From: Nemertoderma westbladi
Lineage: Eukaryota > Animalia > Xenacoelomorpha
Reading direction: 5' to 3'
Length of the DNA: 32,575 bases
Assembly (NCBI GenBank): GCA_032718475.1
Contig: JAUCBJ010007684.1
Coordinates: forward strand, 1 to 32,575
Shown here one piece after another: positions 1-11,189 of this stretch (within the stretch, counting starts at the first letter, position 1; the number at the start of each line of letters is the position of its first letter). The position numbers were made by a program, and so were the translations under genes. Below the pieces are notes generated by a model. The model did no database searches. It was not told the origin of the DNA and saw nothing but the letters and a program-made list of their open reading frames with translations.

Positions 1-238
1 TAGAATACCAGACTTTCTGATGTTATATTTCACTTTGCAGTTACCCCCTTGTGAAGAATACCAAGTTTTCACCAAAAGCACAGGTTATAGAAGGGCTGAA
101 TCTAACCAAAACAATAAACAGATTAGTATATGTACAGGTTATAAGACAGAAATAATATATATATATATAAAACGCTATAGAACACTTAATAAATAATAAA
201 TTTAAATGATAAATTACTAAAAATAAAAGTCTTCATAT

Positions 239-458
239 ATAAAATTTCAATAAAAAGCCTCCACGCACACCAACATAATTAATAAATGCAAATTAATGAA
301 TGCAACGATAACAACTAACCGTAAACTACCTCAAGTAGAGCGTCTCCAATCTTGCGGAAATGTTCAATTCAAATGAAGAACTACTATGAAGTACTACTAC
401 TAAGGAATGAAATCCTACTACACCGCAGTTTGTAGCCTACAGTCACACAGTTAGTACA
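239..458. repeat. 220-bp dispersed direct repeat, copy 1 (copy 2 at 5135-5354)
   Basis: ATAAAATTTCAATAA...CACAGTTAGTACA recurs almost identically at 5135-5354. Confidence 0.95.
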
Positions 459-1122
459 TATCCTTAATATGGCCAGAAGCTACAGAAGGCCAAAAAACCT
501 CTGGAGAAAATTAGCTTGGTAAACCTTTTTTTTTTTAATTTTGAAAAATGTAAAATAATATAGTCAATTTCAACTTGCCAGTAGGAGTCCACACATAACG
601 GGTTATTTATTGTCAGCGCCTACATCTGGTTACTCGTGAATGTGATGGAATGAGACTTTCTTATTACCGTTTATGTAGTTTTTACAAGAACGAATCTGTG
701 AATATGGAGACATTTTGTCTGAAACCATGTGGAGCATGTTATTTACGCCACATGATTTCTCTGTTTTTTTTTAATTTTATTGAAGTCTAAATTTCTTTTA
801 AGTTTTTCCACTATTATGGTGGGAGGTTTTGTTTCTAAATGTTCTACATTCTACAGTGATTTAATTTAATCACATTTCAAAAACTGAAAAAATGATCTTC
901 ACCCCCCACACACACCTACATACTTACCATATTCCGCATAATCATACCATATTAATCCACACCAATCCCCCCCCCCCCCCTTCCCCCCCACCACCACGCA
1001 TACCAACGTTGGATTCGCCTGTACTGTACACACCCCAACATTTCGCATAGTCACACATACTTGTCGCACCATAACTTACAGTACTTTTCTTTATTGTTTG
1101 GCTCTTATAAGGGCCGTTTTGG

Positions 1123-1790
1123 TTAGAACATGCACACTCTAACTGAATGTGAAATCACAAAAAGCAGAGCATACCGGATTGTGACGTACAACTTCCCTTG
1201 CCCATGGTCTTTATTGAGATGCATGCTGCCTGAATCAAGGATATTACTGACCCACCCTCAATTAGGTGGCATAGGGGACCTCTCGTGGCAATGGCACAGC
1301 CATAGTTTGTATGATTGAGCCATTTGACTATTTGCTCGTTTGTTGCTACCCACCTCATATTAAAATTGGGATAAAGGTCGATATGTCGACGGTGCATCAA
1401 GCGAGGAAAGATCTGTGACCATAATACCAGTGAGGAGCCATTGGCAGAGTAATCTTGTTTTATTCTCCTCAAATTCGACACAACGAAATCCACGCTGCTA
1501 ACGCAGAGATCGTTGCCTCCAAAAATGAGGACAATAACACACTGCTTCCTTTCCCAATGGCTCATGATCTCACCGGGGTTGTGGTCAGCAAAGATCAATC
1601 CCGATATCGGCTGTAAAGTAACCCTTGCTACTGTTGGTTGTAGGCCAAAGTTACTATCACAGTCTGTATCGTGCTTAATATACTGGTGGATGTAATCAAC
1701 ATGAGAAGATCCGATAATCTTAATATTATGGACTTGGGGCCGCTTACAAACGAAAGGGATTGTACTGGTTAGGGGTTTAGAGTGTGGCAT
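1123..1790 (-). pseudogene. SGNH/GDSL-type hydrolase (retroelement-associated esterase type), frameshifted near the 3' end
   Basis: Block I-like KIIGSSHV, block III IVLIFGGNDL and LWSQIFPR in ORF 1155..1937. After a frame change at ~1255 the other frame reads ILDSGSMHLNKDHGQGKLYVTIRYAL, resembling the block V DxxHLN..G..LY motif, with a stop at 1125-1123. Likely start ATG at 1790. Confidence 0.75.
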
Positions 1791-2369
1791 ACTCAAGGAT
1801 ATTATAGAAATAATAATAGTAATCATTCGCGGTGGAATGGTTGTGACACTGGATAGGGTTAATAAACTCATACTCAGTTTTATACTACGTATGTTCCCAC
1901 AATTTGTCAGTGCTCTTGCTTGTAAACCATTTTGCAAATAAATACAATCGATCAGTGTTGATTTGGTGACAGAAAGTCTGTATCAACATACCCTTCTCAG
2001 CATAGCTTTAGGCTAACTTTCATCTTGTTTGACTAGTAGGCCTACTATTCTCAGACTCCATTAACTGCTACTTAGTCTGTGTGTCTTTTTTTTGAAAAAT
2101 CGTAGGCCTACCGGTTGTTTAATTCCGTTCATGCCAAGTGAAATTAATCGCTTTTATTTAATTTTTATTTATTAAATTTTATCTTATAAAAAGTCAGCCA
2201 CCTTCTACTCTGCTATATGGTTATTCTCTGAAGTTTATTACGAAGCCCTTAGCTTCTTTCCTGTCTCAATTTTTCTGCAGATTTTTGGACATGAAGAAGA
2301 TAAAAAAAAATGGCATTTATTGTATATGTGTTAAATATAAAATGGCATTTAGCTCCCTGATTGGCTAGA

Positions 2370-3168
2370 GCTGGATTGGCTATTGGTGATTTATTGGGGA
2401 TTATTATGGGTTTCGGTGGGATAACTAAGCTGTTGTTGTTCACCACCCTGGAATTCATCACCAGAATCCGATCTTCATTTAACTGCTGGGACAACATGTT
2501 GAGTTCGCTGTCTCGACGAAGATGTTGTTGCTTGCTGATTCTGTCCACTTCGTCGGCGTACCCATTTCCCTGCTCATATTGTATTACGGCTTTAGCCGCT
2601 TCTTCCAGGTCGATGGTTGGCTCCTTGCCAACTCCCCTGAGGAAATCCCCGCTACCATACTCTACCACAATACGCTACCAACTTCTGAGTCTTGTACCAG
2701 CTGGAGCTGTAAACTGAGCAACCTATCCGTTGGAAAATCGCATGGTTCTTCTGATTTTGGAGGCACTTCCTTGATCTCCCTCAACAACTGGCTGTATATC
2801 TCTTCCCCTTCTGAATCCTCCCCCTCCTCTTCTGCTACTACTTCCTCTAAGCCTGGGTCCACCTTCTTCATTGGTGGCCAGGCCGATCTATCGCTAAGGA
2901 AGTGTGGCCCGTGCTGCCACAACTCTTCCTTCTTTGAGAAAGTGCGGCGTACAACGCCCCTCGATAACAGATCTGCTGGGTTGTCGTCGGTAGGGGAGTA
3001 ATGCCACCTTTCTAGGTCAGTCGTTGCCCTTATCTCGTCTATCCTGTTCACGACGAATATAGGGGTATCTCGTCTTCTCGTTATGTAGCCACCCTAACAC
3101 TACCATGGAGTCCGTCCAGTAGTGCATCTCCACTATGTTGGGTATAGTTTCCATCAAGTAAGCTGTGG
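2370..3168 (-). mobile_element. BEL/Pao LTR retrotransposon pol fragment (RNase H to pre-integrase region), frameshifted
   Basis: Pao-type motifs YWTDSMVVLGW (~3090-3125), FVVNRIDEI, WHYSPTDDNPADLLSRG, LWQHGPHFL, then LNEDRILVMNSRV...PIIIP in the next frame. Confidence 0.9.
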
Positions 3169-3169
3169 G

Positions 3170-3890
3170 AAATTTTGTCTAGGGATATAAATAACTACTA
3201 TAAACGGGAACGGGATATGTACAGAGTGTGGGGTTACGAGTACAACTACTTTACGCAGTGGATACAGAGTAATATCTGGAACGGAACGCCGGGAGCTGAC
3301 TGGGAAACCTTATTCCAATACGTGTTACGAGGGTTGGCCCAAATTGGGAAAGCAGAGAAGATGGAGCGGGGTCGCATATTGGGTCGCAAGATGGAGGATA
3401 GTACGGAGTGGAGCAGAAGACAAAGGGACGAACATGAAATACCAAGGTAGGCAGTACGGGAGCGGCTGGTGTTTAGACCGTTGGTTAAACGCACAGCGCG
3501 GGGGGCCCGGAAGGGGGGGGGGGAGTCTACTAGTGGGAAAGCGGGTCTGGTAAATAACGTAGTGAACTTATCCTCTGTGGATATCACTGAGGAACAGAGG
3601 GAAATTTTAAGTTTGGGATTTGGTTACGTCCCGGTAAGGGAAAGGGGTTTAACGGATTTAATCGATGCGCACACCAGTGTATCTAAATTGGGATCCAAGT
3701 TAAGAAACGTTGTGCGTAGACGGGAGCATTTAGAAGATACGATACCGGTACAGGGAGGGGAGGCACGTATATTGACGGAACGGGGGCCAGAACAACGGGA
3801 AGTGTCCTTCGTCGCTATGCTGGAGAATGTGGGTTACGTTGTTCAACCAAGGAGGAGGGATAGAGATCGAGGGAGTGGGAGCGCATATAT
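3170..3890 (+). mobile_element. Penelope-like element N-terminal ORF fragment (upstream of RT), degraded
   Basis: VVNLSSVDITEEQREILSLGFGYVP (~3559-3633) matches the NLS..LT..E..VLSKGL.F.P pattern that precedes the RT in Penelope-like elements; no RT or GIY-YIG domain remains. Confidence 0.65.
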
Positions 3891-4159
3891 ATGCGGTACC
3901 CGAAAAGCCACTGCTCCAGAAAAGCCACTGCTCCCCTTGGGTTATATTATGTTATAAATACTTTTGAAAATATAACATGCAAAATATATCTTTTTTTCTA
4001 TTGGGTGAAATTCGATGAAACAAAAACAAATGGGTAGATAATATTGTTAATATTGGATTTTTATTGTAGTTGTTAATGTAATGTTGCGTAATTTAATGTT
4101 ATAGCATTTTCGAACATGACGCAATATTGAAGGCTCTTCAGGGACATGTTATCTATATA

Positions 4160-4262
4160 TGTAACCTGCTCCTTTCCCTAAATCGATAATTTAACGTTGA
4201 GACATTAGAGACAATAGAGACATAATACAGAGATATTAATTCGCTGAGATGGGATTTACGTT
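4160..4262. repeat. Dispersed repeat fragment (related copies at ~17455-17555 and ~27710-27855)
   Basis: GTAACCTGCTCCTTTCC shared at 4161, 17455 and 27766; similarity with the 27766 copy extends through GATATTAATTCGC..AGATG.GATTT.CG. Confidence 0.75.
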
Positions 4263-5134
4263 AACCCCCCCCCCCCCCCCCCCCCATGTTATTTTTGTCA
4301 TGCGCTGTTATTTTCATTGAAAATTTAATTTTTTTACAGTCACGGATTCAATGGTAGAACCCGTAGTTGATGTAGTCACCATCGCGGGGACGATTATCGA
4401 CGACCATGGATCGCGGGACGACCCTGGGCTAATTGATATGACCAATCTTCTCCACGAAGCATGACATGTATGGGCCGCTAATATGAGTTCCAGCCACCTA
4501 AATACAGACTGCGACACTGAAGTTATAAATGAATTTATACAATTTATAGCAACAATATATTAATTTTAGATTTCCAGAATAATTGTTGAATTTATTAAAT
4601 TTATTTAAAATTATTTCATTCATTCATTCATATTCAAATTTATTAAAAAAATATATTATTGGATTTTTTACGAAATTTATTATCGGATTATACGTTAATA
4701 ATTTGTTAGCATTTTATTATATTCGATTTTATATAATCTGAGTGCATATTTTTATTATTAGTCAACTGTCTCTATATTTAGTTTTAGTTAGTCTGTTACA
4801 AAGTCAGACCCGTTAAAGTCTGTAGATACAAGAAGAAGACCTATGTCCGCATTAACTTATTATAAGTATGATTATTATAATTTTCATGCGATTCAGTAAG
4901 AAATTTGCTGAATTATCTGTCTTACAAATACAATTTAGGTCAGAATAAATTATATAATTAAACTATTGTTACTTAATGAAACATAAAATGTTATTAATAA
5001 TAATAATTATAATTCTTTATTGCAGTCAACATTGCTCATAAAAACAATGAAATAAACATAATGATAGTGTAAAGGGACACATTTCGTAGTAGACACCCCC
5101 CCCCCCCCCCCCCCCCCCCAGTCCCACGCACCAC

Positions 5135-5354
5135 ATAAAATTTCAATAAGAAGCCTCCACGCACACCAACATAATTAATAAATGCAAATTAATGAATGCA
5201 ACGATAACAACTAACCGTAAACTACCTCAAGTAGAGCGTCTCCAATCTCGCGGAAATGTTCAATTCAAATGAAGAACTACTATGAAGTACTACTACTAAG
5301 GAATGAAATCCTACTACACAGCAGTTTGTAGCCTACAGTCACACAGTTAGTACA
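5135..5354. repeat. 220-bp dispersed direct repeat, copy 2
   Basis: Near-identical to 239-458. Confidence 0.95.
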
Positions 5355-5508
5355 CGTTCGTGGGGCCTTCGCGCAGCACGAGGCCCAGTTATGAGATACA
5401 AATTAAAACTGAGCGACTGTATCACAAAATCAGTATTTGAGAAATTTACCCACACCACCAATCAATTAAAGAAAGGGGTACAGTACGTGTTCAGCCCTTT
5501 TATATAAT

Positions 5509-5754
5509 AATATAGTCAACGCAGTACTCGTCTTCTTTATAAGCATCGTTGTGCTCGTCCTGTTTTGTATTTAAATATATTTCCTAAACGCAGACTGACG
5601 ATCTTTATAACTACCGATGCGTTCAATAGGCGCAGCCAGGTATGGTTTATAGGAATATAGTCTACGCAGTACTCGTCTTCATTATATGCCACGTTGCGCT
5701 CGTCCTGTCTTGTCATAAAATATATTTCCTAAACGCAGACTGACGACCTTTATA
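5509..5754. repeat. Diverged tandem duplication, two ~101-bp blocks with 145-bp period
   Basis: AATATAGTC.ACGCAGTACTCGTCTTC...AAATATATTTCCTAAACGCAGACTGACGA.CTTTATA at 5509-5609 and 5654-5754. Confidence 0.9.
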
Positions 5755-6244
5755 CAGTTATAACTATGCGAAGTTTCGAAACTGTGCGAGTAACTGCTGA
5801 TACATCTATGTGGAGATGTGTGATACAACGCCACCTCATCGTATGCCGATGTAGAAATATGGGTATTGAAATAATATTAAATCAATGTACACTCTTAAAG
5901 CTGCAGCGAAAAACTGTAGCTAATTTCCTTGGTTACATATAAAATAATACAATTATTTTTAAGAACATTAATTTTACTACTTTACAAAAATTCAATTAAA
6001 AAATAACCAGACAAATACATTGTGGAATAAACTATTTCAGATATACGCCTACACAACAGCCATGCCATGGATAGTACTGTATTTATGTAATTATACTGTA
6101 TCTGTCATTTACCTGAGATAGCAATACAACATTTATAGTAGAGTCAATAGGAATTGGAATACATGAAGGATGGTGGGATGTGGGATTTAAAGAATGCTGT
6201 CTGGGCTGGAGTAGCAATACTGGTTGCCTATTACAATTCCCACT

Positions 6245-6365
6245 CGGGCGCACTCGGGGAGAATAATTGTGGTTGTTTGAGTGTGCTCGGGGAGAATAAC
6301 AGCAGTTGTTAGAGTGTGCTTGGGGAGAATCAGGCTGGTTGTTAGAGCACGCTCAGGGGAAATCT
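6245..6365. repeat. 33-bp minisatellite, ~4 diverged copies
   Basis: GGGGAGAAT recurs at 6256, 6289, 6322, with a degenerate copy at ~6356. Confidence 0.8.
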
Positions 6366-6439
6366 CTGAGGAGCACGAGTCACCGAGGAGCAAGCCATTA
6401 ACAAAGCTCACGACTTACAGGACTGCTTAAAGGTGGCTC

Positions 6440-8905
6440 AACTCTATAAATTGTTTTTGGTGTTGTACTCAGTGGGTGTTATAGTGATGTTGGAACTCTA
6501 TAATTGTGTTTGGTGTGGTACTCAGTGGGCGTTATAGTGACGTTGGAACTCTATAATTGTGTTTGGGACATGGTTCTCAGAGGGTGTTACGGAGATGTTG
6601 GAACTCTATAAGTTGTGTTTTGTGTGGTGCTCAGTGGGTGTTATAGTGATGTTGGAACTCAATAATTGTGTTTGGTTTGTGATGCTGATTGGCTGTTATA
6701 GAGATGTAGAACTCGATAATTGTGTTTGGTGTTGTACTCATTGGTCGCTATAGAGATGTTGGAACTCAATAATTGTGTTTGGTGTTGTACTCAGTGGGCG
6801 TTATATTGATGTTGGAACTCTATAATTGTATTTGGGACATGGTTCTCAGAGGGTGTTATGGAGATTTGGAACTCAATAATTGTGTTTGGTGTGGTACTAA
6901 GTGGGTGTTATAGTGATGTTGGAACTCAATAATTGTGTTTGGTTTGTGATGCTGATTGGCTGTTATAGAGATGTAGAACTCGATAATTGTGTTTGGTGTT
7001 GTACTCATTGGTCGCTATAGAGATGTTGGAACTCAATAATTGTGTTTGGTGTGGTACTCAGTGTCTGTTATAGAGATGTAGAACTCTATAATTGTGTTTT
7101 GTGTTGTACTCATTGGTCGCTATAGAGATGTTGGAACTCAATAATTGTGTTTGGTGTGGTATTCAGTGTCTGTTATAGAGATGTAGAACTCTATAATTGT
7201 GTTTTGTGTGGTACTCAGTGGGTGTTATAGTGATGTTGAAACTCTATAATTGTGTTTGGTGTGGTACTCAGTGGGCGTTATAGAGATGTTGGAACTCAAT
7301 AATTGTGTTTGGTTTGTGATGCTGATTGGCTGTTATAGAGATGTAGAACTCTATAATTGTGTTTGGTGTTGTACTCAGTGGGCGTTATAGAGATGTTGGA
7401 ACTCAATAATTGTGTTTGGTGTGGTATTCAGTGTCTGTTATAGAGATGTAGAACTCTATAATTGTGTTTTGTGTGGTACTCAGTGGGTGTTATAGTGATG
7501 TTGAAACTCTATATTTGTGTTTGGTGTGGTACTCAGTGGGCGTTATAGAGATGTTGGAACTCAATAATTGTGTTTGGTTTGTGATGCTGATTGGCTGTTA
7601 AAGAGATGTAGAACTCTATAATTGTGTTTGGTGTTGTACTCAGTGGGCGTTATAGAGATGTTGAAACTGAATAATTGTGTTTGGTGTGGTACTCAGTGGG
7701 TGTTATAGTGATGTTGGAACTCTATAATTGTGTTTTGTGTGGTACTCAGTGGGTGCTTTAGAGATGTTGGAACTCAATAATTGTGGTTGGTGTGGTACTC
7801 AGTGGGCGTTATAGAGATGTTGGAACTCTATAATTGTGTTTTGTGTGGTACTCAGTGGGCGTTATAGAGATGTTGGAACTCAATAATTGTGTTTGGTGTG
7901 GTACTCAGTGGGTGTTATAAAGATGTTGGAACTCAATAATTGTGTTTGGTGTTGTACTCAGTGGGCGTTATAGAGATGTTGGAACTCTATAATTGTGTTT
8001 GATGTGGTACTCAGTGGGCGTTATAGTGATGTTGGAACTCTATAATTGTGTTTTGTGTGGTACTCAGTGGGTGTTATAGTGATGTTGTAACTCTATAATT
8101 GTGTTTGGTGTGGTACTCAGTGGGCGTTATAGAGATGTTGGAACTCAATAATTGTGTTTGAATGTGATGCTGATTGGCTGTTATAGAGATGTAGAACTCG
8201 ATAATTGTGTTTGGTGTGGTACTCAGCGGGCGTTATAGAGATGTTCGAACTCAATAATTGTGTTTTGTGTGGAACTCAGTGGGCGTTATAGAGATTTTGG
8301 AACTCAATAATTGTGTTTGGTTTGTGATGCTGATTGGCTGTTATAGAGATGTAGAACTCTATAATTGTGTTTGGTGTGGTACTCAGTGGGCGTTATATAG
8401 ATGTTGGAACTCAATAATTGTGTTTGGTGTGGTACTCAGTGGGCGTTATATAGATGTTGGAACTCAATAATTGTGGTTGGTGTGGTACTCAGTGGGCGTT
8501 ATAGAGATGTTGGAACTCTATAATTGTGTTTGGTGTGGTACTCAGTGGGCGTTATAGAGATTTTGGAACTCAATAATTGTGTTTGGTTTGTGATGCTGAT
8601 TGGCTGTTATAGAGATGTAGAACTCTATAATTGTGTTTGGTGTGGTACTCAGTGGGCGTTATAGAGATTTTGGAACTCAATAATTGTGTTTGGTTTGTGA
8701 TGCTGATTGGCTGTTATAGAGATGTAGAACTCTATAATTGTGTTTGGTGTGGTACTCAGTGGGCGTTATATAGATGTTGGAACTCAATAATTGTGTTTGG
8801 TGTGGTACTCAGTGGGCGTTATATAGATGTTGGAACTCAATAATTGTGGTTGGTGTGGTACTCAGTGGGCGTTATAGAGATGTTGGAACTCTATAATTGT
8901 GTTTT
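6440..8905. repeat. 53/54-bp tandem satellite, ~46 units with recurring variant types
   Basis: Consensus AACTCTATAATTGTGTTTGGTGTGGTACTCAGTGGGCGTTATAGAGATGTTGG (units at 8781 and 8834 are 53 bp apart); a 54-bp variant carries TTTGTGATGCTGATTGGCTG. Confidence 0.98.
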
Positions 8906-9386
8906 TATGTGTTTTTAATTGTGTTTAATTTTATTAATTAATCATTTTGTTTATTAAATTGTAAGGGCTTTTGTGGCCCATGATCAAATTTAATGAATAT
9001 TTTCAATATCCAGTCAATGTTTAGTAAAATATTTGATATCTTGTCAAATAATTGTTATAATTTAAAATATCTTGTCAAATATTTAACAATATGTTCTTAC
9101 AAATATTGTTAATATATCTTGCCAATTCTGAAAGATTGAAATTTCCACATGTCTATTTTGACAAGATAAGATATAAATCCTGACAAGATATTAATTGAAG
9201 TTTTCACCAGATATTTTTGACAAGAATATCCCTATTATTCTGACAAGATAAAGGACAAGTGTATTTAACTATAATAAATGAATTGTTGTGGGGTGAGTGA
9301 CGGTTAGTTAAATATATAATGTAGATAGGACAATATGATAATGCTCTCCATAGCGAAAAATATCAACCGACCCTGTTGGGGCTCGA

Positions 9387-9430
9387 ACCCGGTACCTAGG
9401 TTTCAAACTTACGGTTATCATCAGCCGGGT
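9387..9430 (-). ncRNA. Minimal type I hammerhead ribozyme motif (left arm)
   Basis: Exact reverse complement of the motif at 9587-9630. Confidence 0.75.
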
Positions 9431-9562
9431 GTGTGTACTGAGCTACCAGATCGGATGAAGATTTCACTATGGAGTGGGATATCATATTTAGTGATTAGAG
9501 TGATGTGATTGAGTGATTAGTTGGCCTAAATATGATATCCCACTACATAGTGAAATCTTCAT

Positions 9563-9663
9563 CCGATCTGGTAGCTCAGTACACACACCCGGCTGATGAT
9601 AACCGTAAGTTTGAAACCTAGGTACCGGGTTCGAGCCCCAACAGGGTCGGTTGATATATTTTT
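9563..9663 (+). promoter_or_regulatory. tRNA-derived Pol III unit: A box, B box and T5 terminator (mirror copy on the minus strand at ~9356-9454)
   Basis: TAGCTCAGT at 9572-9580, GGTTCGAGCCC at 9628-9638, acceptor-like pairing CCGATCTG/CAGGGTCGG, TTTTT at 9659-9663. Confidence 0.7.
9587..9630 (+). ncRNA. Minimal type I hammerhead ribozyme motif (right arm)
   Basis: ACCCGG-CTGATGA-TAAC CGTAA GTTT-GAAA-CCTAGG-TA-CCGGGT: 6-bp stem I, intact core CUGAUGA/GAAA, palindromic stem III ACCUAGGU, predicted cleavage after GUA (9624). The stem II closing pair is U-U rather than G-C. Confidence 0.75.
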
Positions 9664-9905
9664 CGCTATGGAGAGCATTATCATATTGTCCTATCTACAT
9701 TATGTATTTAACTAGATATATCTTGTCATTCTATATTTTTTTTGTCAATTTGACAGAACTTTTTTTAAGAGTGTAGTTAATTTTATTAATAAAAGTTTAA
9801 AAAATTAATAAATTACTTTACAGTTGTTTTTTTTGATCGTCGACATGAAATTTTATGGAAATGTTGACGAAAGTTAGAAAAATTGGAATGCCTGTACTAC
9901 TCCCC

Positions 9906-11188
9906 TTAACCCTATTAAACCTGGGGGGGCGGGAGTCAATATGACCCCCCCGTGGTTTTTTTATTATAATTCTAAAACAAACGCAGTTGGGAATCTGAAA
10001 TTTTATGACTTTTCCTAAAAATCTATTGTGTTCCTAGTAGTGAAAACCGTTTTCAAAAATATTGGGTAGTTTTCGAGTTATAGCACCATTTTTTAACCCT
10101 ACTTTTGGCACTTTTTTTGAGACGTTTTTGGAATATTAGATTTCATTAAATATTAATTGTAACATCTCTATTTTTGATTTATACCGGTTTTTTGGTGTTA
10201 GCAAGTGGATAGAATTCATATAAATTGATTTAGAAATTTCAAACTTGTTTTTTTCGGTGGGTGCTAAATTTTGGTGCCAGCACCAAATTTTGAAATATCT
10301 CAATTTTGTAAATTGATTGTTTAAAACTTGTTTTTTACGTAATTGGGGTTTTTTGGGGTTCTGGTTTCGATGAAATATATACGAGTTGCACCAAGCGTAT
10401 CAAACTTGTATTTTTCGGTGCTGTGTGCAAATTTTGGTGCTAGCACGAAATTTTGAAAATCCATTCAATAGATAAAATTGCTTGTGACAATTTATTTCTT
10501 GCATTTTAGAGGTTTATGGCTGTTCTAAATTCAATGGAATATATAATTATCGAAGTAGACATCTCAAACTTGTATTTTTCGGAAGTGGGTGCAAAATGTG
10601 GTGCTAGCACCAAATTTGAAAACCATCAAATATATCAATTGATTGTGTCATCTTGTTTCTTGCGTTATACGGGTTTGTTAGGGTTGTTAGAAATTTGGTG
10701 CTAGCACCAAAATTTGCCAAATTACGCCGAAAAATACAAGTAGCAATGATCTGGCATATTTGAAATGTATTCCATTAGAATCAGCGCCCTAGAAAACCTG
10801 AAAATGTGAATTTATAGCATCGTAAAGTGAATTAAAAATTTTGTATTCTAACTGAAAAGTGCTGGTTACTTGTTTTTTTCATTTTTTTCCTACGCATAGA
10901 GGACTAAACAGCCATTTATGTTAATCATATCATATTTAAATATTTTTCAATGTATTTTGCGCCCCAGAAAACCTGTATTGAAAACCAATTAGCCGAAAAA
11001 TGTAACTTTCAAATTTTGTGAAAATTGTGCACTACTTGTAATTTTGATGCTGCAATATTACCACCCCAGTACATACGAAATATTAGTAAAATATTTAATT
11101 CTGCCACTCGCCGCTAGAGGGACACAAAAAATTTTAAAATTTCAATTTTTGTTGCTCTTTGGCCTTCCCCACGTTGGCTGAACACAAC
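9906..11188. mobile_element. Non-autonomous TTAA-type (piggyBac-like) element fragment with ~163-bp internal repeats; right boundary uncertain
   Basis: Starts TTAA-CCCTATT...GGGGGGG...CCCCCCC. CAAACTTGT.TTTTTCGG...GGTGCTAGCACC units at ~10240, 10401, 10566 and inverted at ~10690-10741. Related sequence lies inverted at ~27955-28078. Confidence 0.55.
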
Positions 11189-11189
11189 T

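Larger units (their letters stand above)
9260..9714. mobile_element. Palindromic tRNA-derived, hammerhead-containing insertion
   Basis: Inverted arms 9305-9491 and 9526-9714 (near perfect) with a 34-bp spacer; TGTATTTAACTA directly repeated at 9260-9271 and 9703-9714; removal essentially restores the host motif GGACAAGATATATCTTGTCA. Confidence 0.9.
9030..9773. mobile_element. End of a non-autonomous TIR DNA transposon (CACTC-type terminus) with subterminal TGACAAGATA motifs, interrupted by the palindromic element
   Basis: Repeated TGACAAGATA/TATCTTGTCA motifs at ~9038-9250 and ~9719; terminus TTTTTTAAGAGTG then TA at 9761-9775. Confidence 0.5.

Noticed and set aside
1791-1937. N-terminal extension of ORF 1155..1937
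   Set aside because: Begins at a non-ATG codon in low-complexity sequence upstream of the SGNH domain
4330-4465. Possible terminal exon after TTTTTACAG
   Set aside because: About 40 codons with no recognisable motif and no partner exons
5595-5790. Further hammerheads at CTGACGA (5595, 5740)
   Set aside because: No convincing stem II, GAAA spacing or stem I pairing
6559-8843. ORFs 6559..6753, 8258..8470, 8631..8843
   Set aside because: Chance readings through the satellite; the 53-bp unit does not preserve frame
6440-8905. CRISPR array (hairpin repeat plus variable segment)
   Set aside because: The variable segments are related to each other and reused many times, there are no cas genes, and the context is eukaryotic; it is a satellite
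9563-9650. Functional tRNA gene
   Set aside because: No proper D-arm closure or anticodon arm; the centre is occupied by the hammerhead
5888-9775. TA-flanked CACTCTTAAA inverted pair defining a 3.9-kb element around the satellite
   Set aside because: Only 10 bp match inside the TA and the left end lacks the TGACAAGATA subterminal motifs; insufficient support
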